From positions 26,784,001-26,848,000 of the forward strand of contig OX597835.1 in the NCBI GenBank assembly GCA_951406725.2: 64,000 bases of DNA, written 5' to 3'. This document shows, in pieces, positions 52,620 through 64,000 of the stretch; positions within the stretch are counted from its first letter, which is position 1, and each line of letters begins with the position of its first letter. Source of the DNA: Octopus vulgaris (lineage: Eukaryota). A model generated the notes under the pieces. That model searched no databases. It had not been told where the DNA came from and was given only the letters and a program-made list of their open reading frames with translations. Both the position numbers and the translations under genes were made by a program.

Positions 52620-53220
52620 GGCGGCGAGATGGCAGAAACGTTAGCACGCCGGGCGAAATGCTTAGCGGTATTTCGTCTGCGTTACGTTGTGAGTTCAAAT
52701 TCCGCCGAGGTCGACTTTGCCTTTCATCCTTTCGGGGTCGATAAATTAAGTACCAGTTACGTACTGGGGTCGATGTAATCGACTTAATACCTATGTCTGT
52801 CCTTGTTTGTCCCCTCTGTGTTTAGCCCCTTGTGGGTAATAATGAAATAGGTATTTCGTCTGCCGCTACGTTCTGAGTTCAAATTCCGCCGAGGTCGACT
52901 TTGCCTTTCATCCTTTCGGGGTCGATGAAATAAGTACCAGTTACGCGCTGGGGTCTATATAATCGACTTAATCTGTTTGTCTGTCATTGTTTATTCTCTC
53001 TGTGTTTAGCCCCTTGTGTGTAGTAAAGAAATAAGTATTTCGTCTGCTGCTAAGTTCTGAGTTCAAATTACGCCGGGGTCGACTTTGCCTTTCATCCTTT
53101 CGGTGGGAGGGGGGTCGATAAATTTAAGTACCAGTTGAGTACTGGGGTCGATGTAATCAACTTGTCCCCCTCCCTCAAATTCCAGGCCTTGTGCCTATAG
53201 TAGGAAGGATTATTATCATT
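52620..53220 (+). mobile_element. SINE family B tandem multimer (head plus 3 units)
   Basis: GTATTTCGTCTGC at 52668, 52851 and 53035 (183/184-bp period); last unit ends with the alternative tail GGCCTTGTGCC. Confidence 0.9.
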
Positions 53221-54048
53221 ATTAGTTTGTTTGATTATGATTCAAATAGGATGTGTGTGAGTGTGTGTGTGAGTGTATGCTTAATAACACTCAGCACTCC
53301 GTTTATGTGAGCAGTACTTTTAATGTGGACCAATGAGCTTTCTTCTTACAAGAGGTTGATCAGCTGACCAGGACTGAAAATGTCGAAGTATGGACAAACT
53401 CGGGACAAACAGGAGAAAAGAGAATGCCAAGGAGAGAGAGAGAGAGAGTCATTAGCTGTTGCGTTCTGGTGAAGTGTTCTGGTAGAGATCTGTAGTGTCT
53501 TGGTAAGTATTTGGTAATCGACAGAATGGCCTTCTCGAAGACGATGGCTAGGATGTTATGAGTGGGAACGTCAACAACGGCTGCAGCAGCAGCAGCAACA
53601 ACAATAACAACAACAACAGCAGCAGTATCAGCAGAGTCCCGTCATGTCTGTTGGGTGGACCATTCTTGAAGTTTTGTTGAAAAGGTCAGCTAGTGGTCAG
53701 AGCTGGTGTAATTTGTGGTTTTGAAGAGGATGGCAATTTAGAGGACATTGTGAAGAGATGTTATAGGGGAGGTGAAGGAGAGAGAGAGACGTGGAGGGAG
53801 AGAGAGTGTGAGTGGCAGACAGACAGACAGAGATATTGGGAGAGAGAGAGACAGATAGACAGAGATTGATAGAGATAGACGGATCGATGGAGAGGGAGAG
53901 AGAGAGTGTGAGAGAGGGATAGTGAGAGGTAATTAGAAGGGGGAATGAGGAGAGAGAAAAATAGACAAAGATACAGAGACTGATAGAGAGACAGAAAGAG
54001 ACAGACAGATAGATACAGAGAGAATGATAGTGATATATATATATATAT

Positions 54049-54098
<50 letters not shown>

Positions 54099-54130
54099 GG
54101 ATAGATAGATAGGTAGGTAGATAGGTAGAT

Positions 54131-54191
<61 letters not shown>

Positions 54192-54342
54192 GTAGATAGA
54201 TAGATAGATGACGTGAGAACGAGAGATAGAGAAACAAAGATGGACGGGTAAACTGACAGCCACATAATTTCAGACAGATTAACAGACTAACATATATAAC
54301 AGTATGTCTGTAGCACATCAAGCACCCTCATTTTCAAAGAGT

Positions 54343-54890
54343 ATGGTGACAGGGTACGAAACATGGATCTTCTATAACAATTTGAAGTGCAAATGAGCCG
54401 AAAGGAAGCGCAACGCCACGAACAACCTCCAAAACAGGTTATGTTTTCAATTTGGTGGGATTGAACGGGTGACGTCTTTCAGGAGCTTTCAGCGATCAAC
54501 CAGAGGCGTGTATCACTTTTAATCGTAAAGGCATTGTCTTTCATTACGACAAGTACAGACGGAACATTTCTTTGTAGACACAACAGACGTAACTGGGGCT
54601 TGGATGCGAGATTTTTGCCGCACTTTCTATATTCGCCCGAGCTTGCACATTCGGATTTCCGTCTGTTTCGGTCTCCTCTGAAGAGGATGTAAAAAAATTC
54701 ACCTGGAAGAGTTTTTCGCCAGTAAAGACAGGAAAATATTTGAGCAAGTGAAAATGCATCTGTCCAGAAGATGGCAGAAGGTACTGGAACGAAACTGTAA
54801 TTACATCACGGATTGAATAAATCACTTTGTGTTTAATATTTGTGTCTTACTTTCGCTTAAAAAACCGAATGGACATTTTGGTCAACCCAA
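54343..54890 (+). pseudogene. mariner transposase remnant with 3' TIR
   Basis: VTGYETWIFYNN, VMFSIWWD, NRKGIVFHYD, YSPELAHSDFRLFRS and RWQKVLERNCNYITD* (stop ends 54816). TIR-like AAAACCGAATGGACATTTTGGTCAACCCAA followed by TA. Confidence 0.88.
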
Positions 54891-54908
54891 TACATACATA
54901 CATACATA

Positions 54909-55263
54909 CTCTTTTACTTGTTTCAGTCATTTGACTGCGGCCATGCTGGAGCAACGCCTTCTATTCTATGTAAGCCTAGTACTTATTCTATCAGTCACTT
55001 TTGCTGAACAGCTAAGTTACGGGACGTAAGCACACAACTATCGGTTGTCAAGCAATGGTGGGGAGACAAACACAGACTCACAAACATACACACATATATA
55101 CGACGGGCTTCTTCCAGTTTCCGTCTACCAAATCCACTCACAAGGCTTTGGTTGGCCCGTGGCTATAGTAGAAGACACTTGCCCAAGGTGCCACGCTGTG
55201 GGAATGAAACCGGAACCATGTGGTTGGTAAGCAAGCTACTTACCACACAGCCACTCCTGCGCC
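54909..55263 (-). mobile_element. SINE family A, near full-length
   Basis: Head and tail motifs as in other copies. Confidence 0.9.
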
Positions 55264-55442
55264 TATATACATACATACATATATGCATACATAGTACGTA
55301 TATACGTGTGTGTATGTATATATATATGAGGATGATGATGGCCGTCCACTTGTGACCGAGAAAGACCATTGCTGACCTTCAGAAACATTGTGCACTCTTA
55401 TGGTGATAGCCAAATGACTGAAACAAGTAGAAGAATAAAAGA

Positions 55443-55482
<40 letters not shown>

Positions 55483-55512
55483 ATATAGATAAATATATAC
55501 ATGTTCTGTTCA

Positions 55513-55730
55513 AGCTGGCAGAATCGTTAGCGCTCCGGACAAAGCACTTATTGGCATTTCCTCCATCTCCAACATTCAGAGTTCAAATTCCGCCGAGGTC
55601 GACTCTACCTTTTTATCCTTTCGGGGATCGATAAATTAAGTACCAATGGAACACTGGGGTCGATGCAATCTACTAGTCACCTCCCGCCAAAATTTCGGGC
55701 CTTGTGCCTTTAGCAGAAAGGGTCATTATT
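55513..55730 (+). mobile_element. SINE family B monomer, alternative tail
   Basis: GCTGGCAGAATCGTTAGC..GAGTTCAAATTCCGCCGAGGTCGAC..GGGCCTTGTGCC. Confidence 0.8.
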
Positions 55731-56366
55731 ATTATTATTATTATTAGTAGTAGTAGTAGTAGTAGTAGTAGTAGCAGCAGCAGCAGCATCAATGTTATCA
55801 TTGTTATCTCGGCGTGAGGGAAAGATTTCTCACGCAAACGCTGTTCTGTTTAAAACTAAAATATCAAAGGCCCGCGAAGAGGATCAGAACATCGTTAAAA
55901 TATACAAAACCACCACATTGCGGTAATTTACTTAATAATTAATTTAAGGTAAATAATGGATGAACATTAAAATCATGTAAATGTATAATAAATAAGTCGG
56001 TTGCGTCTCGCACCAGAGGCGGGGGGGGGTTATTTTGCGGTTTGTATAAAGGAATGCTTACTTTTTTGATCCCACAAAATAAAGTAAGGAACTACTTACA
56101 TGCATATATATACACACAATCAAATACATTCCTGTATGAATGTGCATATATATATATACATACATTCATATATTATGAATAGGCATGCACACACATGGAC
56201 GTAGGAACATGCAGATATACAGCACAGAACATTTTATATAGACTTATATCATATAAAAAATATAATCCATATATATATATATTTATATATATATATATCA
56301 CACATGCATACATATATACCTATGTACACATATACATATATATATTACACATATATACATATATAC

Positions 56367-56400
<34 letters not shown>

Positions 56401-56462
56401 CACATATATATAGATATATATATATATTTATACGAGTACATGTTGATATATATGCATAAATG

Positions 56463-56500
<38 letters not shown>

Positions 56501-56586
56501 GTGGAGGCGCAATGGCCCAGAGGTTAATCTATATGAGATATATATCATTATATACATATTTATATATGTGTATATGTCTACGTGCT

Positions 56587-56634
<48 letters not shown>

Positions 56635-57319
56635 CGTGTGTCTGTGTGGGTTGTGTATGTACTCTTTCGATAGTTCTGGTCAGTAAGACACCGGACACGC
56701 GGGGGCACAGACCACTAGTATTTATACAACGCAAACACCGAATATTATGTTTACAATTCGTTAAGTCCCGGATGGAATGTAGGAATGTATATAGATCCAT
56801 CCATCCATCCATCCATCCATCCATCCATCCATCCATCCATCCATCCATCCATACATACATACATACATACATACATACATACATTCATACATGCATACAT
56901 ATAAACGCAAAATTCAGTATAATATACCTAGAGGACTGGGGGTAAATTAGATGTGGGTGTAGTGATATGGGTGATAGTGGTTGTTGAAGGTAACGTATGG
57001 TAGAAGCCAACAATAACAGCACCAGAGGCGAAGGGATCACTTAACTGACCTTTCTAGTCAAGTAGGTGAGTCGGGAAATACGATGTTGAACGAAGCAGAT
57101 GAAAGAGCAGGAATATGGAGAACTTTTGCGGTGCGTGGGTGGCCTAGAACATTCTCTACTGACGAACTATGCGTTCGCGTCTGCGTATCTGTGTCCGTGT
57201 GAGTGTGGTCGTACGTGCTTGGTGTGTTTCTGTGGTTTGTAAATATAAGTATGGTATACGCTGTGTTGGTACTATAGGTGTATTTAGACACACACATACA
57301 TGTATACGTGTAAACATGC

Positions 57320-57370
<51 letters not shown>

Positions 57371-57478
57371 CTTATATATGTATATGTATGTATGCATACA
57401 TATAAATATGAATAAATATATATATACATATGTGTATATATATTAAAATATATTATATATTATATGTATAATGTCTAC

Positions 57479-57517
<39 letters not shown>

Positions 57518-57716
57518 GCATACTTATATATCCGTTTAATGTGAACTATCGGAAAAAAAATAGTACTCATATCATAAAAGAGATATTTGGGTCGAGTCTT
57601 TCGATACTCCGAGTTTTACTAGCTGGTACACAGTGTGTTCAGGCGAATTGTGACAACCTTTGTAATCTTCGGGGGAACTCGGAGTAGCAAGAGGCAGACT
57701 TGACCAAAATTATAAC

Positions 57717-57767
<51 letters not shown>

Positions 57768-57965
57768 TGGCGTGTATACATATAGCATACGTGCTCTCAC
57801 TTACGCATACACAGTTTATGTTAGTATGTCATACATACACCATACGGGACACATTCCATGGATATGTGTTGCTGGTTAACAGTACATGTATTACCGTGTA
57901 TTATGTGTATACGTATACGTGTGTACATCTGTTTATGTGCTTATGTGTGTGTATACATATATATG

Positions 57966-58035
<70 letters not shown>

Positions 58036-58126
58036 TAAGGATAAGATCGTTAATTTAAATTAAATAACGATTTTATCAAGTGGCCAGCATGGAAATAAAA
58101 ACCTTCAAAGGTGATAATTATCATTA

Positions 58127-58297
58127 AAATTATAACTTAAGGTATCTGCGAGATACCACCATGCTGAAAATAGCAGCCATGATCTGACTCTAAAACCACA
58201 TTAACCGCTATATGAACACTTAATGTGGTTTTCGAGTCAGATCCTGGCTGCTATTTTCAGCATGGTGGTATCTCGTATATACCCTACGTTATAATTT
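58127..58297. repeat. Long hairpin, 78-bp arms (72/78), 15-nt loop
   Basis: Arms 58127-58204 and 58220-58297 (core CGAGATACCACCATGCTGAAAATAGCAGCCA), within a segment bounded by (TA)n. Confidence 0.85.
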
Positions 58298-58867
58298 CAA
58301 GATATATATATACATATATACATTAATACTAACATGCACATATTCACACGCAAGCACACACACACATACACACACGCACGCTCGAATGTAGAGACCGTAT
58401 GCATTTAGCTGCGGTGTCATATTTAGGCCCAATCGTAAGTCCCCCTTCTGCAGCCTGTTAGATAAAGACAAAGGTAGCTAGTTTCCCTATTTTGTAGATC
58501 ATCAGGGCATAATTATGCCCCTGCTTGAAGAAACGGAAGGATACTTAATAAAATACAAAGAAGGAAAGCATTTCTCTCTCGTACAATTCAAACAAATACA
58601 CACACATATACACACACTCCTACCGATTTACACACACATATACACACACACTCCTATCGATACACACGCACATATACACACACTCCTACCGATACACACA
58701 CACATATACACATGTTCTTGACGTCAAAGGACTATCCAAAACGTTCTTTGACCCAATTTTTAAAAGCCTCTATTAATAGCTTTATTTCCTTCGGGAGCCA
58801 CCACTCTAGAAAAGGTATATTTCTCCATATCTATATTGTTATCTATCTATTTATCGATCTATCTGCC

Positions 58868-58982
<115 letters not shown>

Positions 58983-59150
58983 GTTGATCTGTCTACATAT
59001 CTGTCGGTCTGTCTATGTATATATGTATGTATGTATGTATATATCTATCTGCCTATCTGTCTCTCTATCTGTCGCCCTATCTATATATCTGTCGATCTAT
59101 CTATCTATCAATCTATTTATCGATCGATCTATGTATCTATCAATCGCTCA

Positions 59151-59223
<73 letters not shown>

Positions 59224-59622
59224 AGTCGACACTAATTGTCGCTGAGGGTCAGCTATTCTGCTAGAAATAAGAGTTATATATATATACACACAAAATTTTA
59301 GTTTCAACAGCGTTTAGACATATGCTCTGTTTCAGAGGAGTAGTCTTACGGATGAGGTTTGCGATTGCTATTACCTAGATAGACAAATGATGTAGAAACA
59401 CAGCTATATAGATATGCAACGTATAGAAGAATAACCTGTCTGGTACATGTGGGAAGGTGCATGGGTTCGAGTTGTGTCACAGCGACTGTAAAGAAGGTGA
59501 CTGATTATGCAGTCGACGCTGAAGATGCTTGAACCGTGCCGCCCCACACGAGTGGAGGTGGTGATAGACATAGTGAACAAGATGTGGTATAAACGGTGAT
59601 GGTGAGTCTGTTTGCATTATAC

Positions 59623-59682
<60 letters not shown>

Positions 59683-60265
59683 GCACACACGCATACATAT
59701 ATTTACACACACACACACACATACATATATTTATATATTGATAGCTTTGTGGTTAAGACGCTTACTTCCCAAATGTTTTGTCTGGAGTTCAGTCCCACTT
59801 CGCGGCACCTTGGGCAAATGTGTTCTACTATAGCACTGAGGTTACCAATGATTAATAAATGGATTTTGTAAACGGAAACTGAAAGAAGCCTGTCGTATAG
59901 GTGTGTATATGGCGGTGGTGTGTTTGTGTGTGTGCGTGAGTGTGTATTTGTGTATTCACACACATATGTATGCATATACACAAAGTAGTTTTTAATATTG
60001 AACATATGTTGCGACGCACTTATTTTCGTTATACATCCCCTCAACTTAGGTTTAAATATATATGCATACTTGTGTGTGTGTGTGTGTTTAAGTTTTTATT
60101 TGTTTTAGTCACTGGACTGCGGTCATTCTGGGGCACCACCTTCAGTCCGTTATATTACACCTGTACTTATACAAGGTATTCATTCCGCTTTCTGTCTGTC
60201 TGTTTGCATGTATGCATGTATGTATGTGTATATACATGTAGAAGTGTATACATATACAAATACAA

Positions 60266-60324
<59 letters not shown>

Positions 60325-60581
60325 AAGAGATTGATTATACATGCATACTATATATTTATGCATACGCTCAAACACACACACACAAACATATACACACATA
60401 TATTTCGCAGTCGACTTAGGGTTTGCAAAATCTATATATACCAATATACCCTTGATGCATATATACATATGTGTGTGTGTGTGTATGAGTGTGTGCGTGC
60501 GTGCGTGTGTGTGTGTGTGTGTGTCACTCTGTATTTCATATTTTCTCTATAATGACTATTACTTAACCATTTTCTCACACC

Positions 60582-60629
60582 GTCTCTGATGAAGGGATAA
60601 ATAAAATATCCCGGAAACAGCTGTAAGAC
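60582..60629 (+). ncRNA. Best-preserved type-I hammerhead ribozyme motif
   Basis: GTCT-CTGATGA-A-GGGATA-aataaaa-TATCCC-G-GAAA-CAGCTG-TA-AGAC. All stems pair; palindromic stem III ACAGCTGT; GUA triplet. Confidence 0.8.
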
Positions 60630-60682
60630 CTCTTTATAAATGTTCTGAAATCTTTCAGTCTTGGATTTTTTTTTATTTCTTT

Positions 60683-60814
60683 GTAGTAAGTAGCTTGCTC
60701 ACCAACCACATGGTTCCGGGTTCAGTCGCACTGCATGGCACCTTGGGCAAGTGTCTTCTATTATAGCCTCGAGCCGACCAAAGACTTCTAAGTGGACAGA
60801 AACTGAAAGACGTC

Positions 60815-60860
<46 letters not shown>

Positions 60861-61071
60861 GTATATGTATATGTGTGTGTGTTTGTGTTTGTTCTCCCAA
60901 CATCGCTTGACCAACCGATGCTGGTGTGTTTACGTCCCCGTAACCTAGCGGTTCGGCAAAAGAGGCCCGATAGAATAAATACTAGGCTTACAAATAATAA
61001 GTCCTGGAGGTCGATTTGCTCGACAAAAAAGCGGTGCTCCAGCATGGCCACAGTTAAATGACTGAAACAAG

Positions 61072-61074
<3 letters not shown>
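60683..61074 (+). mobile_element. SINE family A (further partial copies at about 59747-59930 and 62175-62315)
   Basis: GTAGCTTGCTCACCAACCACATGGTTCCGGGTTCAG..GGCACCTTGGGCAAGTG..GCGGTGCTCCAGCATGGCC. Confidence 0.88.
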
Positions 61075-61121
<47 letters not shown>

Positions 61122-61133
61122 TCGTTCAACAAT

Positions 61134-61170
<37 letters not shown>

Positions 61171-61623
61171 TATACACACTGACACACGGACATACACTCA
61201 AACACGACTAGCACGCTCGCCAATATATATATATATATAAATGTTTATATATTAAATATACATCACCTTCAAATCCCTCGTGGAGCTGTGGATATACGGC
61301 TGGATGTTGACAAAGCACAACAAATTCAAACGTACACAAAAGGCTTTCGTAAAATGTTATCCCCCTGCGAGAGTAATGCAATGTATTATGTGTGTATTGT
61401 ATATTCAAAGGCCGTGTGTTTCATGTATGTTGAAAGTGTGCGCATGCGTGTTTGTTTGTTTATTTGTTTGTGTGTGTGTGTGTGTGTGTGCGTGTGTGTG
61501 TGTGTATGTTTGTTTGTGTGTGTGTGTGTGGTTGTTATCTATTGCTTATGTGTCGCTCAATTGTCGATCTCTTTGTTGAGATACAAGACATACGCGCACA
61601 GATTGTATGTATGTGTATGTATA

Positions 61624-61663
<40 letters not shown>

Positions 61664-61687
61664 CATACATACATACATACACACACG

Positions 61688-61745
<58 letters not shown>

Positions 61746-61846
61746 ATACACGACAGATGTTCGCATTGACCTAAACATATATAGATTTATTTACACATAC
61801 CCATACACACACATCTGGCTAAGTATCTATCTTTCTTTCACTTTCT

Positions 61847-61887
<41 letters not shown>

Positions 61888-62739
61888 GTAGACTCACACA
61901 TATTTACACAAACACACATATGTATATATTCACACACACAGAAATATTCAATAAGGCATGCAACATCTGTTTGATAAATAATACACACGAACACACACAT
62001 TCTCAAGCATAAACACACACACAACACATAACACACACAGACACACAGATATATATACATACATGGATGCATGCAAAACAAAAGCACACACGTGCGCGCA
62101 CGCACGAGCACACACAGCGCACATGATATTAGGCGTGTGTATGTACGTGTGTGTGTGTGTGTGTCGTTGTGTATGTATTTGTCTCCCACACACCCCTTTG
62201 ACAACCGGTGTTGTAATGTTTACGTCCCCGTAACTTAGCGGTTCGGCAAAAGATGCCGGTGGAAAGACTGTCAGGCTTAACAAAAGAACAAGTGCTGGAA
62301 TCATTTCATTCGACTACCTATACACACACACACACACATACATACACACACATGCATATACACACGTATACATATTTACATGCTAAGTGGCACACACACA
62401 CACACATACACATTCATAGGGACACGTTATGCACAATTATCAGCACACATACGCACACATATAGCATGTGTGCATATAAACACACTTGAGACACAAACGT
62501 GTTTATCTTCACACGGTTTATATAAACAAACATGATTTGAAACCATAAAAAAGCGTACACATTAATGGATACACACACACACACACATATATATACACAC
62601 ATACACTTACAAAAACAAAAGCGATCGAACAAGAGAGAATCGAGCTGCTAAAAATAGCAGTCAAATTTCTGAAACCAATTGAGGAAGTACATACTTTATT
62701 CCGACACTCTGTAAGTCGGAATAAAAATAATAATAATAA

Positions 62740-63238
62740 TCTTTTCTAGTAAAGGCCTGAAATTTTCGGAAAGGGGACTAGTCGATTACATCGACCCCAG
62801 TAGTCAACTGGTACTTATTTTATCGATCACGAAAAAATGAATGGTAAAGTCGACGAAATACCTATTTCTTTACTACCCACAAGGGACTAAACAAGGACAG
62901 ACAAACGGATTAAGTCGATTATATCGACCCCAGTGCGTAACTGGTACTTATTTAATCGACCCTGAAAGTCGACCTCGGCGGAATTTGAACTCAGAACGTA
63001 GCGGCAGACGAAATACCTATTTCTTTACTACCCACAAGGGGCTAAACACAGAGGGGACAAACAAGGACAGACAAACGGATTAAGTCGATTATATTGACCC
63101 CAGTGCGTAACTGGTACTTATTTAATCGACCCCGAAAGTCGACCTCGGCGGAATTTGAACTCAGAACGTAACCGCAGACGAAATACCACTAAGCAAGCAT
63201 TTCGCCCGGCGTGCTAACATTTCTACAAGCTTGCGCCT
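62740..63238 (-). mobile_element. SINE family B tandem multimer
   Basis: GACGAAATAC|CTATTTCTTTACTACCCACAAGGG junctions at about 62861 and 63016; head at the right end. Confidence 0.85.
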
Positions 63239-63259
63239 TAATTTTTATTATTCTTGTTG

Positions 63260-63301
<42 letters not shown>

Positions 63302-63445
63302 ATCATTATTATTATTATTATTAAGAGAAACAAAAAGAAAGTGGTCACGGAAGGAACGTCTTTGATCAAAAATCTCCGCGACCAGGGATAATCCGGGTGT
63401 AAACAATGATACGAATATAACAATCTACGCACATGCACGCGCGCT

Positions 63446-63485
<40 letters not shown>

Positions 63486-63537
63486 GCTTGACTATATTGG
63501 AAACGGTGTTAGCCAATAGTGATATATGACTCAAAGA

Positions 63538-63573
<36 letters not shown>

Positions 63574-63961
63574 TCATGCAAACACGTGTATGTGTTTGTG
63601 TGTATGCGTCTTACGTGTGTGTGTGTGCGTGCGCCAGACACACACCCACATATGCATTCATCGAAACACACACATACACACACGTACAGTTACTTCTACA
63701 ACAACGTGGCGGTTCGAGTCGGTCGGTCTTCTAGTAATAGAAGCCAGATGTTCTTCAGACGACCGCTCGGACCGTTCTTAAATAAAGGTCTCAATAAATA
63801 AATCTTGCATAAATTAACAGGCCGGTTCTCTAAGAAGAGAATCTTCATCCGAGACAATGAAAGGTGAAGTCGACTTCGGAAGCATTCGAACTCAGAACGA
63901 AACGGCGGACGAAATGCCGCCGTACATTTTGTCCGGCGCGGTAACAATTGATCATATACAT

Positions 63962-64000
<39 letters not shown>

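Noticed and set aside
41962-53220. Regularly spaced repeats suggestive of CRISPR
   Set aside because: Whole units repeat with no unique spacers; they are SINE multimers in eukaryotic DNA with no cas genes.
57058-57065. Possible 8-nt microexon (TTTCTAG|TCAAGTAG|GTGAGT)
   Set aside because: Frame-shifting length and no other support; such motifs arise by chance.
62695-62725. 11-bp hairpin resembling an intrinsic terminator
   Set aside because: Eukaryotic context with no adjacent gene; isolated short hairpin.

Overview
AT-rich eukaryotic non-coding DNA (intronic or intergenic), saturated with microsatellites ((TA)n, (CA)n, (TACA)n, (GATA)n, (GAT)n, (TAG)n, (TAA)n). The repeat content resembles an octopus/coleoid cephalopod genome; this is an inference, not a lookup. 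Nearly all ORFs in the track are translations of simple repeats, and no intact host gene is supported. Real coding remnants are all transposon relics: CR1-type, RTE-type (two) and RLE-type non-LTR fragments, plus two mariner transposase pseudogene fragments. At least five SINE or SINE-like families (working labels A-E) occur in many copies, with swapped head/tail modules and tandem multimers. The most notable signal is about a dozen minimal type-I hammerhead ribozyme (HHR) motifs, intact, variant or decayed. They are carried by several unrelated short non-coding elements that sit in or beside (TA)n tracts and often have inverted-repeat or partial-tandem architecture, like Penelope pseudo-LTRs or non-LTR retrozymes. 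They include a 355-bp 1.46-mer with a rod-like fold and a tRNA-headed SINE ending in a hammerhead. Coordinates were read by eye; ends of degenerate repeats are approximate.
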